NCBI GenBank assembly: GCA_937896225.1
Contig: CALBMZ010000063.1
Coordinates: 74,200-138,199 of the forward strand
From: an uncultured Alcaligenaceae bacterium
GTDB taxonomy: Bacteria > Pseudomonadota > Gammaproteobacteria > Burkholderiales > Burkholderiaceae_B
DNA length: 64,000 nucleotides
Direction of reading: 5' to 3'
Shown here: one piece after another, positions 46,580-60,535 of the stretch
Numbering within the stretch: position 1 is the stretch's first letter
Layout: every line of letters begins with the position of its first letter
Program-made: the position numbers and the translations under genes
The notes under the pieces: model-generated
Told to the model about the DNA's origin: nothing
Databases searched by the model: none
Seen by the model: the letters and a program-made list of their open reading frames with translations, nothing else

Positions 46580-48663
46580 GATGATTCCTTCTTCGCATCT
46601 AAGCGTTTCATCGCTTGCTGAAATTTTTCAAACTCACGGTTGAAATCAAGAGTACGTTTTTGTGACGTCATAGCAGCTATTACATGCGTTTGGTTTTCAC
46701 CCGATGGGTGACGCAACCAAACCCAAATACGCCTATCACGCACATAAAACATTGAAAAAACGCCAAAAATTAACAATACACAGCCAATATATACAATCAA
46801 CATACCTGGTGCACGACTAACCTGAAAAACACTAGCCTGAACATGGTTAAAAGTCTTGAGCGTAAACAAAATAGGAGCCGGGTATAAAGCTAAATCAGAC
46901 AAGGCTGCAATGGCCAGTTGGGTCCATTGACCTTGTTGGGCATCGAGTGGATCAAACAACACCCGGCCGCTCTGAACTCGAGATAGTGCCCGCAATTCGG
47001 CTAAAGAAGCACCCAAAACTCTCACAACCACGTCTGCAGCGCGAGGCAATTCGGCTGCTGGTACATTTTTTTCAAGAAAAGCAGATACCCCTTGCAAACC
47101 ACTTTGGGCAAAGGTATCAAGCGTTCTTTCTGCTGACAGTTGAAGCGCTTGCTGGTCAACTGAAGTGCTTGCATTATTGATCGCGAACTGGCGCGCAGCC
47201 GCTTTTCTAAGTGCTGGGTTAGCCAGTGCTGCGCGTAACTCCATAAACTCCAGAGGCCCTGACTGCTCATCAACAGGAATACGCATGTATCTGAAGGCGC
47301 CCCCTCGATTAGGGTCTTCTACCCCAACCAACAATACTCGAGCACCATCTAACTCAATGGGCAACATGTAATTATGAAATAGTGTAGCTTGCCCACTTTC
47401 GTCAATAATTTTGTACTCAACGCTAGGACCAATGTTCCTAAGTTGAGTTGTTTTCTTTGATGCAGCGCTACCTGTCACGGCAGCAACATGCTCTCGTAGA
47501 ACTTGCGGTTGAGGGTCACCCGCACTCAAATCTTCAACATTAATGGGGCGCAAACCCGTCACCTCTAATTGAACCTTTCGATTGTTTTGGCCGAGTGTTA
47601 ATTCGACACTTTCACCTACCTGCTTAGTCATCGAAACAGGCTCAACTCTTGGCCCTTGAAGCGGGTAACCTTCAAGTACCAACTCACTGCCACCGTCGTC
47701 AAAACTAGACTGATAAACCGTCACACCTTTGTAGCGTAGGGGTTCATTCACCTCAATCGTGACATCAAACTTTTCACCCGTATCGGGGTCAGTGACCTCT
47801 ACTTCGCTCGCAAAACGACTAGGCATGCCCGTTGAGTAATAATCAACAATAAATTTTTTCAGTGTGAGCTCAAAAGGTAAAGGTTGCACCATTGCACCTT
47901 GACCCACGTTAACAATGGCATTACTTCTTGTTGCACCCTCAGGTATCAACACATTCGATCTAAAACTAGGGTTGTTAATTGACAACCGACCTGAAGGGGG
48001 TACGTCAGCAATCAACATATTTTCGAGTAATGGTTTTTTGTCGAACATCCATACTTGAAAACGAACCGGCAACTCGCTATCGAGTAAACCACCAATACAG
48101 ATGATGACAATTGATGCGTGAGCAGCGATATAGCCTAAACGATTTGCACCACCTTTTTTAGCGGCAATTAAAACGCCATTTTCTTCTTGACGCTTTTTAA
48201 AACCATAACCCTGTTTAGCTAACCAGGCTGAAATAGCTTGCGTACTAGAAGATAAATCTCTTTGTGTATCGACTTCAACCCGATGATGGAAGGCACGCAA
48301 ACTAGAACCCCGAACCGATTCACGATAAGAGCGCATGTCTTTGATCATTTTGGGGGCATTGCGCACCAAGCATAGGCTGGTTGACACCACCAAAAACGCC
48401 ATAATCAGTAAGAACCACCAATTATTATAGATTGACCAAACTGAGAATTTATCAAGAACGTCAAACCAAAAGGGACCAAACTGGTCTATGTAACTATTTT
48501 CAGATCGATTTTGGGGTAGAACTGTGCCCACAACGCTTGCGACACAAATAATCGTCAACAAACTAATTGAAAACCTCATTGATGCGAACATCTCAATGAT
48601 GTCTGCAAATGAAACTCGGCGCAGCGGCGGCGTTAGCGTCGCCTCAGAGCTTGTCTGCGTCAT
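46576..48663 (-). CDS. resB: cytochrome c biogenesis protein ResB/Ccs1
   Basis: Has N-terminal TM segments, a large periplasmic domain and a C-terminal TM, and is paired with ccsB. The start is chosen at ATG 48663. The track ORF starts at 48705. Confidence 0.88.
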   Translation of the reverse strand: MTQTSSEATLTPPLRRVSFADIIEMFASMRFSISLLTIICVASVVGTVLPQNRSENSYIDQFGPFWFDVLDKFSVWSIYNNWWFLLIMAFLVVSTSLCLVRNAPKMIKDMRSYRESVRGSSLRAFHHRVEVDTQRDLSSSTQAISAWLAKQGYGFKKRQEENGVLIAAKKGGANRLGYIAAHASIVIICIGGLLDSELPVRFQVWMFDKKPLLENMLIADVPPSGRLSINNPSFRSNVLIPEGATRSNAIVNVGQGAMVQPLPFELTLKKFIVDYYSTGMPSRFASEVEVTDPDTGEKFDVTIEVNEPLRYKGVTVYQSSFDDGGSELVLEGYPLQGPRVEPVSMTKQVGESVELTLGQNNRKVQLEVTGLRPINVEDLSAGDPQPQVLREHVAAVTGSAASKKTTQLRNIGPSVEYKIIDESGQATLFHNYMLPIELDGARVLLVGVEDPNRGGAFRYMRIPVDEQSGPLEFMELRAALANPALRKAAARQFAINNASTSVDQQALQLSAERTLDTFAQSGLQGVSAFLEKNVPAAELPRAADVVVRVLGASLAELRALSRVQSGRVLFDPLDAQQGQWTQLAIAALSDLALYPAPILFTLKTFNHVQASVFQVSRAPGMLIVYIGCVLLIFGVFSMFYVRDRRIWVWLRHPSGENQTHVIAAMTSQKRTLDFNREFEKFQQAMKRLDAKKESS

Positions 48664-48720
48664 GACAACCCTTGAAAAATGATGGGCTACCATAAGCCCT
48701 ATCAATATATGACTTCTTAT

Positions 48721-48775
48721 AAAGCGTTACGTTCACGCTTTAGGCACCAAATAAGGGTAAAACCCTATTTGGTGC
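48721..48775 (-). other. two adjacent stem-loops between cytochrome c4 and resB
   Basis: AAAGCGT / ACGCTTT (48721-48741, 7-nt loop). GCACCAAATA(A)GGGT / ACCCTATTTGGTGC (48744-48775, one bulged A). Neither is followed by a clear U-tract on the minus strand. Confidence 0.5.
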
Positions 48776-48789
48776 TAGACGAAAGATGA

Positions 48790-49503
48790 TTAACGCAGAC
48801 CCGCTGCATAATCAGACACCGCTTTGATGTCTTCGTCTGTCATTCTGCTAGCAATTTGACTCATCATGGCACTGTTACCACGATGACCCGCTCGGAAATA
48901 TTTAAGCTGATCTTCAATGTAGCTTCCATATTGCCCCCCCAACCGCGGGTACTGAGCAGGAATACCCGCACCATTTGCCGAATGGCATGCGGCGCAGGCT
49001 GGTACATTACGGTCAGCAATACCGCCACGCCAAATTTGCTGGCCACGCTCGACCAATTTGATATTTGACGCATTGGCAGGTGCCGTTAAACTTTGTTCGG
49101 CTAAATACAACGACAAATTTCGCATGTCAGCTTCGGTAAGGGGGGTTGCTAGGGCCGTCATCATCGACGGGGCGCCATCAGCGCCTCGTCTTAAGGCCAT
49201 GGTTGCACCATCTTTAACTTTAAACTCAACGAGCTGCTTGTAAATATACTCGTGCGGTTGTGCAGCCAAATTAGGGTTAGTAGGCAACGCGCTGTTACCC
49301 GCAGCCCCGTGACAGGAAACACAGGCAACAATGCCACGCGCCGCATCACCTTGCTCGTACAACATGGCACCCTGTTTAACATCAGGCTTAATGGGGCCAG
49401 TTGAAGCCCCAGCTGCTTGAACGTTTGACACAAATAAAATAGAAGCAATCGCCGTAGCGGCTGCAAATACAAAGGAAAATGACATTAAATGAACACCCTT
49501 CAT
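48790..49503 (-). CDS. dihaem cytochrome c4
   Basis: Has a signal peptide and two CxxCH motifs (CVSCH, CAACH), each with a downstream Met ligand region. Confidence 0.9.
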   Translation of the reverse strand: MKGVHLMSFSFVFAAATAIASILFVSNVQAAGASTGPIKPDVKQGAMLYEQGDAARGIVACVSCHGAAGNSALPTNPNLAAQPHEYIYKQLVEFKVKDGATMALRRGADGAPSMMTALATPLTEADMRNLSLYLAEQSLTAPANASNIKLVERGQQIWRGGIADRNVPACAACHSANGAGIPAQYPRLGGQYGSYIEDQLKYFRAGHRGNSAMMSQIASRMTDEDIKAVSDYAAGLR

Positions 49504-49585
49504 GAATTACCTCGACAGATTCAGACCCTGCTTAGCCCTAGCGATTATACAATAGGGATTCATCGCTAGTTAGGACTAATTAATT

Positions 49586-52382
<2,797 letters not shown>

Positions 52383-52457
52383 TAATCAATTTACATTTAA
52401 GATGCCGAAGATCAATTAGCCTGAGGACTAAGGGCTAATCCTAAGGGGGTTATGAAC

Positions 52458-54458
52458 TTATGGTTTTTTATTCATTCCCAAAACGCGATCAAGAGCAGGT
52501 GTAAATTTTTCAGCAGACTGAAAGCCTATGATACGTATATTTTTAATTTCACGACCACTCGATTCAAAAAATAATATTCCAGGTGGCCCAAACAAATTAA
52601 ATTTTTTCAATAATTCGCGATGTTGGGGCGTATTTTTTGTAACATCAGCTTTCAGAAGTAAAAATTGCTGCATGCGATTGATAACGTTGGGGTCTGTAAA
52701 AGTAAAAGCTTCCATTTCTTTACATGACACGCACCAATCAGCATAAAAATCTAGCATTACTGGTTTGGTCGATGTTGACAGAGCCACTTGCAACGCTTCA
52801 ACGGAATCAATTATTTGAAAAGCTGGCTTCACATTTAATTGACTAGGTAAGTTATTACTTTGACCCACTTGAATAGTTTGACTTTTAGCAGAATTTGAAT
52901 TGCCATTTTTTAATGCTATTTGGCTGAGCGGATCAAGGAGGGAGCGGGCGCCAGTCATAGCGCCAACTAGCCAAAAAACTGCTAGCAACATCAGCACAAA
53001 ACCAATGGTTTTTTTAACTGCATCAAACAACACTGAGCGATTTAAGTCGCGTTGATTAAAAGTACCAAGTAAGAAACCACTAAATATTGCCAAGAACGAC
53101 CAACCCATTAAGTTGACCTGCGACGGTATGACAGGTGAAAGCATCCACCATGCTGTCGCAAGGAGTAATACACCGAAGAATTTTTTGACATCTTCCATCC
53201 ATGCACCGGCTTTGGGTAAGAAGGTTCCCGCTGACGCACCGAGTAACAATAGGGGTATGCCCATACCCCAAGCCATAGCAAACAATGCGCCACCACCCAG
53301 CCAGACGTCTTTCGTTTGAGAGATATATAAGAGAGCGCCTGCTAGTGGTGCAGCAACACAAGGACCCAAAATAAAAGCTGAAACAGCTCCCATGACAAAG
53401 GCAATCGCAGCTTTTCCACCACGAAGGCTTGAAGCTTGATGAGTAAGCTTAGTTTGAATAGACTGTGGCATTTCGAATCGAACGATATCGAACATAGCCA
53501 AGCCCATCAACGCTAACAATGCCGCAAAAAGACTCAATAACCAAGGCGTCTGTAACCATAGCGCTAGGCTTGCACCACTTAACCCGGCGAATACACCTAG
53601 AGCTGTATAAATTAAAGACATACCGGCTACATAAGAGGCCGCTAAACCGAAACCACGCGCACGAGATACTTGATTACTTTGACCAACGATTAACATCGAT
53701 AAGATGGGTATCATTGGCAATACGCATGGGGTCAATGAAAGAAGTAGGCCCAACACAAAAAAAAGCGCTATATTTCCCCAAAATGAACCCGAGTTAAGTG
53801 CTTGTGTAAAGTTTGAGTCATCAGAACTATTTACTAAACTTGAGAAACTTGACTTGTTTATCTTGCTATCAATTAACTTCGAATTTGTAGTATCCGTAGT
53901 AGACGATACATCTTTTATATTATCAATGTTTAATGTGGGCGGGCGGGGTGAAATGTCGTCATCAAGATTAGCTGTAATGCTAATAAGGCGGTAACCCGAC
54001 AAATCACTTATTGGCTCAATTTGAATAGCTGACGTAACAGGTGGGTAGCAAATACCTTGTTCAGCACAACCTTGACTCACAACTTTCAATATAAACTTAC
54101 TGTCAATTGTATTTTCATTCCAGTCACTTAAAATGACCGGAATATTGACTTGCCTAAAATAGAGCCCCATATCTTTGTCAAAAGTAGGGTCATATTTAAC
54201 TTTGGCTGGGGGATAACCAATATTACTTATAGAGATAGATGAATTCTCAATGGAAAATTCAAATCGCTCTTGGTAAAGGTAATAACCTGAAGCAATTTTG
54301 AAATTTACATTAACTATATTTTTATTGGAAACATTTGCATCTATGTAAAAAGCTTGCTCAGGTGCAAGAAATGTTTGAGCCACACTGAACTGTGAAAAAA
54401 AACAAACCCCGATCGCACTGAAGCAATAAGCAAGAATTCTTAATGTGTATCGATGCAC
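52458..54458 (-). CDS. dsbD: thiol:disulfide interchange protein DsbD
   Basis: Has an N-terminal alpha domain (GCAEQGICYPP), a TM core with conserved Cys (LTPCVLPMIP, LGPCVAAPL) and a C-terminal thioredoxin domain (DWCVSCKE). GTG 54458 has GAGG 7 nt upstream. TTG 54461 is an alternative start. Confidence 0.93.
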   Translation of the reverse strand: MHRYTLRILAYCFSAIGVCFFSQFSVAQTFLAPEQAFYIDANVSNKNIVNVNFKIASGYYLYQERFEFSIENSSISISNIGYPPAKVKYDPTFDKDMGLYFRQVNIPVILSDWNENTIDSKFILKVVSQGCAEQGICYPPVTSAIQIEPISDLSGYRLISITANLDDDISPRPPTLNIDNIKDVSSTTDTTNSKLIDSKINKSSFSSLVNSSDDSNFTQALNSGSFWGNIALFFVLGLLLSLTPCVLPMIPILSMLIVGQSNQVSRARGFGLAASYVAGMSLIYTALGVFAGLSGASLALWLQTPWLLSLFAALLALMGLAMFDIVRFEMPQSIQTKLTHQASSLRGGKAAIAFVMGAVSAFILGPCVAAPLAGALLYISQTKDVWLGGGALFAMAWGMGIPLLLLGASAGTFLPKAGAWMEDVKKFFGVLLLATAWWMLSPVIPSQVNLMGWSFLAIFSGFLLGTFNQRDLNRSVLFDAVKKTIGFVLMLLAVFWLVGAMTGARSLLDPLSQIALKNGNSNSAKSQTIQVGQSNNLPSQLNVKPAFQIIDSVEALQVALSTSTKPVMLDFYADWCVSCKEMEAFTFTDPNVINRMQQFLLLKADVTKNTPQHRELLKKFNLFGPPGILFFESSGREIKNIRIIGFQSAEKFTPALDRVLGMNKKP

Positions 54459-54511
54459 CAAAGTACCTCAATGGCTATGAACTTATATAGTTTACAACGA
54501 ACTCAAAAGCG

Positions 54512-54540
54512 AAAAAAAACAGGCCGAGGCCTGTTTCTAT
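54512..54540 (-). terminator. rho-independent terminator downstream of rplQ
   Basis: The minus strand reads AAACAGGC-CUCG-GCCUGUUU followed by further T residues. It lies about 60 nt past the rplQ stop and upstream of dsbD. Confidence 0.8.
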
Positions 54541-54599
54541 AACTAAAAAAAGCAAACATTTGTACAGCGCTTCTTTATAGTAACTAAGCCTGACTGATA

Positions 54600-54998
54600 T
54601 TATTCAGACTTAGCAGTTGTGTCTTCAGTTTCATCATCAACTGGGCGGTCAACAAGTTCCATAAAAGCCATAGGCGCATTGTCACCTTGACGAAAACCCA
54701 TTTTTAAAACACGCGTGTAACCACCGTTACGGTTAGCATAACGAGGGCCAATTTCAGCAAATAACTTAATGACTGCATCGCGATCACGTAGACGCGCAAA
54801 AGCCAAACGTTTGTTTGCTAAAGTAGGATTTTTACCCATTGTGATAAGAGGCTCAATTACACCACGTAGAGACTTAGCTTTAGGGAGAGTTGTTTTAATC
54901 GCCTCATGCGTTAAAAGAGAAACTGCCATGTTACGAAACATAGCTTTGCGATGACTACTTGTACGATTTAATTTACGAAGACCATTACCGTGACGCAT
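54600..54998 (-). CDS. rplQ: 50S ribosomal protein L17
   Basis: [20 protein letters not shown]... is the canonical L17 N-terminus. Confidence 0.97.
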   Translation of the reverse strand: MRHGNGLRKLNRTSSHRKAMFRNMAVSLLTHEAIKTTLPKAKSLRGVIEPLITMGKNPTLANKRLAFARLRDRDAVIKLFAEIGPRYANRNGGYTRVLKMGFRQGDNAPMAFMELVDRPVDDETEDTTAKSE

Positions 54999-55069
54999 AT
55001 TATTTCCTTTGAATCTAAAAGACTGTCTCTTCTATCGGCTAGCCGCGGGACAGATAATATAATTATTAA

Positions 55070-56056
55070 TTAAGGACGATCGAGACCCATTGGAGGCCAG
55101 CTTTCGAGTTTCATACCTAAAGTTAAACCGCGCGCACCTAATACTTCTTTAATTTCATTAAGCGACTTACGACCCAAATTAGGTGTTTTTAGTAATTCAT
55201 TTTCCGTGCGTTGAATCAAATCACCAATGTAATAAATATTTTCAGCTTTTAAACAATTAGCTGAACGAACTGTTAACTCTAAGTCATCAACCGGGCGCAA
55301 CAGAACAGGATCAATCTGAGGTGAACCGCGAAGAGGTGTATCAAACGAGTCTCCGTTACCTTCTAAGGCCGCAAAAACGGAAATTTGATCCATTAAGATG
55401 CGAGCAGACTGTCTAACTGCTTCTTCAGGAGAAATGACGCCGTTTGTTTCCACATCAAGAATTAACTTATCTAAATCAGTACGTTGTTCGACCCGCGCAT
55501 TTTCAACAATATAACTTACTCGACGAACTGGACTAAAAGAGGCGTCAAGAACAATGCGTCCAATTGACTGGCTGCGATCATCTGTAAGAGCACGAACATT
55601 GCCTGGCACATAACCACGGCCTTGCTCAATTTTGACTTGCATTTCAATATGGCCGGATTCGGTCAAATGAGCAATCACATGATGAGGATTAATAATTTCA
55701 ACGTCGTGTGGAAGCTCAATGTCAGAGGCCAAAACAGGACCAGCACCTTGCTTACGTAAAACAAGAGAAACTTCGTCTCGGCTATGTAATTTAAATACAA
55801 TGCCTTTTAAGTTCAGTAAGACATCAACAACATCTTCACGAATACCGTTTATAGTTGAGTACTCATGAACTACACCAGTAATTTGTACTTCAGTCGGGGC
55901 ATAACCCGTCATTGAAGATAACAAGATCCTGCGCAATGCATTGCCTAATGTATGGCCAAAACCACGCTCAAACGGTTCCATAATCACTTTTGCATGATTA
56001 TTACCAACCATTTCTACTTCAATGGAGCGGGGCTTTAAGAAACCTTGTGTTGACAT
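55070..56056 (-). CDS. rpoA: DNA-directed RNA polymerase alpha subunit
   Basis: 328 aa with NTD motifs ([10 protein letters not shown]) and [15 protein letters not shown]. Confidence 0.98.
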   Translation of the reverse strand: MSTQGFLKPRSIEVEMVGNNHAKVIMEPFERGFGHTLGNALRRILLSSMTGYAPTEVQITGVVHEYSTINGIREDVVDVLLNLKGIVFKLHSRDEVSLVLRKQGAGPVLASDIELPHDVEIINPHHVIAHLTESGHIEMQVKIEQGRGYVPGNVRALTDDRSQSIGRIVLDASFSPVRRVSYIVENARVEQRTDLDKLILDVETNGVISPEEAVRQSARILMDQISVFAALEGNGDSFDTPLRGSPQIDPVLLRPVDDLELTVRSANCLKAENIYYIGDLIQRTENELLKTPNLGRKSLNEIKEVLGARGLTLGMKLESWPPMGLDRP

Positions 56057-56198
56057 GATGATACCTTATTCAATACCCTCGGTACATTACACCGATAAGG
56101 CTGACAAAAAAAAGAAAACGACCAGTAAGCGTATTTACTTGTGTGAACCAAAAAAACTGATGCAAACAAAAATTTACACTGGCCGTTAGATCAAAACG

Positions 56199-56822
56199 TT
56201 ATCGTGAATACAATTCAACAACCATTGACTCATTAATTTCACGAGCTACATCAGCGCGATCAGGTACTTGTTTAAAAATACCTGATAATTTAGTTGCATC
56301 AACAGATACCCACTGAGGGAAACCTGAAGTAGCAGCTAAATCAAGCGACTCACGAATACGCACTTGTTTCTGTGCTTTTTCACGAATTGCAACCACATCG
56401 CCAGCACTAACCATCATCGAAGCGATGTCTGAACGTCTGCCGTTTAACTCGATTGCTCGGTGAGAAACCAATTGACGTGCTTCAGCGCGAGTTGAACCAA
56501 AACCCATGCGATAAACAACGTTGTCTAAACGTGATTCAAGCAATTGAATTAAAGTTTCACCCGTGTTCCCACGGCGACGCTCAGCTTCAGCAAAATATTT
56601 ACGGAACTGCTTTTCAAGCACACCGTACATACGTTTTAGTTTCTGCTTTTCGCGTAACTGTAAGCCGTAGTCTGAAGTACGGGCACCTGAAGTACGGCCA
56701 TGTTGGCCTGGCTTAGAATCAAGCTTACACTTAGATTCAAGCGAACGACGGTTGCTCTTTAAAGAGAGATCAATACCCTCGCGACGCGAGAGTTTGCATT
56801 TAGGTCCGGTATAACGTGCCAT
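56199..56822 (-). CDS. rpsD: 30S ribosomal protein S4
   Basis: [16 protein letters not shown] start at ATG 56822. The track ORF extends 14 codons further upstream. Confidence 0.97.
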   Translation of the reverse strand: MARYTGPKCKLSRREGIDLSLKSNRRSLESKCKLDSKPGQHGRTSGARTSDYGLQLREKQKLKRMYGVLEKQFRKYFAEAERRRGNTGETLIQLLESRLDNVVYRMGFGSTRAEARQLVSHRAIELNGRRSDIASMMVSAGDVVAIREKAQKQVRIRESLDLAATSGFPQWVSVDATKLSGIFKQVPDRADVAREINESMVVELYSR

Positions 56823-56833
56823 GAGTAGCTTCC

Positions 56834-57229
56834 TTAGATACGACGGCGCTTGGGTGGCCGGCAACCATTGTGCGGAACCGGCGTAATATCAGCGATGCTT
56901 GAAATTTTGATGCCGAGTGCATTCAATGCGCGAACTGATGACTCACGACCAGGGCCAGGGCCCTTAATTCGTACTTCAAGAGTTTTAATACCGCATTCAA
57001 TTGCCACACGTCCTGCAGATTCAGCAGCAACCTGCGCTGCAAAAGGAGTCGACTTACGTGATCCCTTAAAACCTGCACCTCCTGAAGTCGCCCAAGATAA
57101 CGCATTACCTTGACGATCAGTAATTGTAATAATCGTGTTATTAAAAGAAGCATGTACGTGAGCAATACCGTCAGATACATTCTTTTTAATTTTTTTGCGC
57201 ACACGCGCGCCAGTTGAGGCTTTTGCCAT
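56834..57229 (-). CDS. rpsK: 30S ribosomal protein S11
   Basis: [21 protein letters not shown] and the C-terminal [12 protein letters not shown]. Confidence 0.97.
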   Translation of the reverse strand: MAKASTGARVRKKIKKNVSDGIAHVHASFNNTIITITDRQGNALSWATSGGAGFKGSRKSTPFAAQVAAESAGRVAIECGIKTLEVRIKGPGPGRESSVRALNALGIKISSIADITPVPHNGCRPPKRRRI

Positions 57230-57241
57230 GTTCAATTCCCC

Positions 57242-57607
57242 TTATTTCTTAAGGCTTGCTGCCGCACGACGCGGACCCTTGCGGGTGCGTGCGTTTGTAC
57301 GGGTACGTTGACCGCGAACAGGTAAACCACGTTTGTGACGCATGCCGCGATAAGTGCCCAAGTCTATCAATCGTTTGATTGATAATTGAACTTCGCGACG
57401 CAAGTCACCTTCTACCGTCAACACACCAATGTGTTCACGAATACGCTCAAGCTCAGCATCGCTGAGGTCTTTAACTTTTTTGGTAAGTTCAACACCAGCA
57501 GCTTCACAAATTTTGCGAGCACGAGTGCGACCAATTCCAAAAATCGCTGTTAAGCCGATCTCGGTATGTTGATGCGGCGGAATATTGATGCCAGAAATAC
57601 GGGCCAT
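57242..57607 (-). CDS. rpsM: 30S ribosomal protein S13
   Basis: [10 protein letters not shown]... with a basic C-terminus. Confidence 0.97.
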   Translation of the reverse strand: MARISGINIPPHQHTEIGLTAIFGIGRTRARKICEAAGVELTKKVKDLSDAELERIREHIGVLTVEGDLRREVQLSIKRLIDLGTYRGMRHKRGLPVRGQRTRTNARTRKGPRRAAASLKK

Positions 57608-57648
57608 GGCTGTTCCTTAGATAAAATCGATGCTTGGGCTCATTTTCA

Positions 57649-57762
57649 TTAGCCCTGGCGCTGTTTGTGACGTGGGTCGGTGCAAATCACACGAACCACA
57701 CCGTGACGTTTAATAATTTTGCAATTGCGGCAAATTCGTTTGACTGATGCCATTACTTTCAT
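57649..57762 (-). CDS. rpmJ: 50S ribosomal protein L36
   Basis: Not in the ORF track because it is under 60 aa. Hand translation gives [37 protein letters not shown] (37 aa, C-x2-C...C...H zinc-ribbon pattern). It sits between infA and rpsM, as expected. Confidence 0.93.
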   Translation of the reverse strand: MKVMASVKRICRNCKIIKRHGVVRVICTDPRHKQRQG

Positions 57763-57793
57763 GGTTGACTCCTAGTTTTCTCTAAACCGTCGC

Positions 57794-58012
57794 TCATTTT
57801 GAACGAAACACAATTCTGGCGCGTGTAAGATCGTATGGCGTGAGTTCCACAGTGACCTTATCACCCGGCAAGATTCGGATGTAATGCATGCGCATTTTGC
57901 CAGATATGTGCCCCAATACTACATGGCCATTTTCTAACTTGACACGAAAAGTTGCATTTGGAAGATTTTCTACAATCTCCCCTTGCATTTGAATAACGTC
58001 GTCCTTAGACAT
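57794..58012 (-). CDS. infA: translation initiation factor IF-1
   Basis: 72 aa with [30 protein letters not shown]. Confidence 0.98.
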   Translation of the reverse strand: MSKDDVIQMQGEIVENLPNATFRVKLENGHVVLGHISGKMRMHYIRILPGDKVTVELTPYDLTRARIVFRSK

Positions 58013-58020
58013 ACTCTCGC

Positions 58021-59346
58021 TTATTTCAAGGTTTGACCCGCACCCTTGAAGTTTGCCTTCTTGAGTAACGAATCATACTGGTGAGACATCATGTAAGCCT
58101 GAACTTGAGCCATAAAATCCATTGTAACGACAACTATAATTAACAATGAAGTACCACCGAAGTAAAAAGGTACATTCCAACGCATAACGAGGAATTCCGG
58201 CAAAAGACAAACTAAAGTAATGTAGAGTGCCCCACCTAAAGTAAGACGGGTCAAAATTTTATCAATAAAACGGGCTGTTTGATCACCTGGACGAATACCA
58301 GGTACAAAAGCACCGCTCTTCTTTAAATTATCTGCTGTTTCGCGGCTGTTGAAAACAAGAGCCGTATAAAAAAAGCAAAAGAAAATAATGGCAGAAGCGT
58401 AAAGCGTAATATATAAAGGCTGACGAGGCGCTAATGCAGCAGCGAAGTCACTTAACCAGCGAATGTTGTCTCCACTAGCAAACCAGCTACTAATGGTGGC
58501 AGGGAATAAAATAATTGATGAAGCGAAAATAGGGGGTATTACTCCAGCCATATTTAACTTCAGAGGTAAATGCGAACTTTGGCCTTGATAAAGCTTATTT
58601 CCAACTTGTCGCTTTGCATAATTAACTGTGATTTTTCTTTGCCCACGTTCAACTAACACAACAAAAGCAGTAACCAAAACAACCACTATCAATATAAACA
58701 ACGCCGAAAGAGTTGACATTGCATTTGTTCTGACTAAGTCAAACAAACCAGCCATTGCCGATGGTAAACCAGCAACAATACCTGCGAAAATGATGATCGA
58801 TATACCATTACCTAAACCACGCTCAGTTATCTGCTCACCAAGCCACATAACGAACATCGTTCCGGTTACTAAAGTTACAACCGTAGTTACAGTGAATAAA
58901 GCGCCAGGAACAATAACTAACCCTGGCTGAGCTTCAAGAGCAACTGATATACCAACAGCTTGGACAAATGCTAATAAAACTGTGCCGTACCGAGTGTACT
59001 GAGTAATCTTTCTACGGCCTGCCTCGCCTTCCTTCTTAATAGCTTCTAAAGAAGGTACAACAACACTCATCAGCTGCATAATAATTGAAGCCGAAATATA
59101 AGGCATTATACCAAGTGCAAATATTGAGAAACGCGATAACGCACCACCCGAAAACATATTAAAAAGGCCTAAAATACCGCCTTCATTCTGACGAAATAAA
59201 TCAGCTAAAACGTCAGGATTAATACCTGGCACAGGAACATGCGTGCCAAGCCGATACACGACAAGAGCAAGCACAAGAAACACGAGACGACGACCTAAAT
59301 CGCCATAACGTGGCCCAGCTTTTCCAGATAGTTGATTAGTCGCCAA
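58021..59346 (-). CDS. secY: preprotein translocase subunit SecY
   Basis: 441 aa, 10-TM pattern, with the [11 protein letters not shown] motif. Confidence 0.98.
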   Translation of the reverse strand: MATNQLSGKAGPRYGDLGRRLVFLVLALVVYRLGTHVPVPGINPDVLADLFRQNEGGILGLFNMFSGGALSRFSIFALGIMPYISASIIMQLMSVVVPSLEAIKKEGEAGRRKITQYTRYGTVLLAFVQAVGISVALEAQPGLVIVPGALFTVTTVVTLVTGTMFVMWLGEQITERGLGNGISIIIFAGIVAGLPSAMAGLFDLVRTNAMSTLSALFILIVVVLVTAFVVLVERGQRKITVNYAKRQVGNKLYQGQSSHLPLKLNMAGVIPPIFASSIILFPATISSWFASGDNIRWLSDFAAALAPRQPLYITLYASAIIFFCFFYTALVFNSRETADNLKKSGAFVPGIRPGDQTARFIDKILTRLTLGGALYITLVCLLPEFLVMRWNVPFYFGGTSLLIIVVVTMDFMAQVQAYMMSHQYDSLLKKANFKGAGQTLK

Positions 59347-59360
59347 TCTTTGTCTCTTAT

Positions 59361-59807
59361 TTAAGCAATGTTGCCGCCAACAGACTCAATTACTAAACGA
59401 GCCCCAGCGGAAACGGTTAAACCTTTGAGAGAAACCTTACGGCTTAAATCACCAGACTTAAATACTTTTACAAATTTAACAGCTTGACCAATCACACCTG
59501 CTTGTTTAAGTACTTGAACATCAATTTCTTCAACGGGAATGCTCTGAAGATCTGAAAGTCTAACTTGCGCATAGAGATGCTGATTCAAAGATGTAAAACC
59601 GCGCTTAGGTAGACGACGATGTAAAGGCATCTGACCACCCTCGAAACCGACTTTATGGAAACCACCAGAGCGAGACTTTTGGCCTTTATGACCACGGCCA
59701 GCAGTTTTGCCAAAGCCTGAACCAATACCGCGACCGACACGACGACGATCTGGATTGGAACCTTCAGCAGGTTTAATAGTATTGAGTTGAATTTCTAACA
59801 TGGTCAT
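59361..59807 (-). CDS. rplO: 50S ribosomal protein L15
   Basis: [28 protein letters not shown]. The start may be the third codon (ATG 59801). Confidence 0.96.
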   Translation of the reverse strand: MTMLEIQLNTIKPAEGSNPDRRRVGRGIGSGFGKTAGRGHKGQKSRSGGFHKVGFEGGQMPLHRRLPKRGFTSLNQHLYAQVRLSDLQSIPVEEIDVQVLKQAGVIGQAVKFVKVFKSGDLSRKVSLKGLTVSAGARLVIESVGGNIA

Positions 59808-59812
59808 TCCCT

Positions 59813-59998
59813 TTAGGCTTCAGACACTGCCAAGAGGTAGCTGACTTTATTAATCATGCCACGCACTTCGGGAGTATCGACCAAAACGCTTGTGCTGTTC
59901 GTACGACGAAGTCCTAAACCACGCACCGTGTCACGATGATCTTGTTTAGTACCGATCACTGAACGAATCAGTTGAATTTTAATTTGTTTTTGAGCCAT
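59813..59998 (-). CDS. rpmD: 50S ribosomal protein L30
   Basis: 61 aa with [27 protein letters not shown]. Confidence 0.96.
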   Translation of the reverse strand: MAQKQIKIQLIRSVIGTKQDHRDTVRGLGLRRTNSTSVLVDTPEVRGMINKVSYLLAVSEA

Positions 59999-60001
59999 GA
60001 T

Positions 60002-60520
60002 TTACCCCAGGATCTCTTCAACAGTTTTGCCACGCTTTGCAGCAACTTCTGCTGGCGTAACCGCGGCACGCAAGCCGTTTAAAGTTGCACGAACCAAGTT
60101 GTAAGGATTACTTGAACCCAAGCTTTTCGCAACAACATTACGAACACCTAAAACATCAAAAATTGCCCGCATTGGACCGCCAGCAATAACGCCAGTACCC
60201 TCAGCTGCTGGGGCTATCAAAACCTTAGATGCACCATGATGACCGACAACAGTATGATATACCGTACCATTTTTGAGAGGTACCTTGAATAAATCGCGGC
60301 GAGCTTGTTCCATTGCCTTTTGAACCGCAACAGGCACTTCACGCGCTTTACCTTTACCCATACCAACACGACCATCACCATCGCCAACCACTGTTAATGC
60401 AGCGAAGCTCATGGTTCGACCACCTTTGACAACTTTACTTACGCGATTGACAGCAATCATCTTTTCGCGAAGACCATCATCACGCTCATCTTGAGCATTC
60501 TTGCCTTGTACTTTAGCCAT
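60002..60520 (-). CDS. rpsE: 30S ribosomal protein S5
   Basis: [40 protein letters not shown]. Confidence 0.97.
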   Translation of the reverse strand: MAKVQGKNAQDERDDGLREKMIAVNRVSKVVKGGRTMSFAALTVVGDGDGRVGMGKGKAREVPVAVQKAMEQARRDLFKVPLKNGTVYHTVVGHHGASKVLIAPAAEGTGVIAGGPMRAIFDVLGVRNVVAKSLGSSNPYNLVRATLNGLRAAVTPAEVAAKRGKTVEEILG

Positions 60521-60535
60521 TTGATCTATCCTCGC

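Noticed and set aside
52458-54461. Low GC content of dsbD, considered as evidence for a horizontally acquired island.
   Set aside because: The AT-richness is concentrated in the low-complexity linker. No mobility genes or flanking repeats are present, and dsbD next to the rplQ terminator is a placement I recall as conserved in this group.
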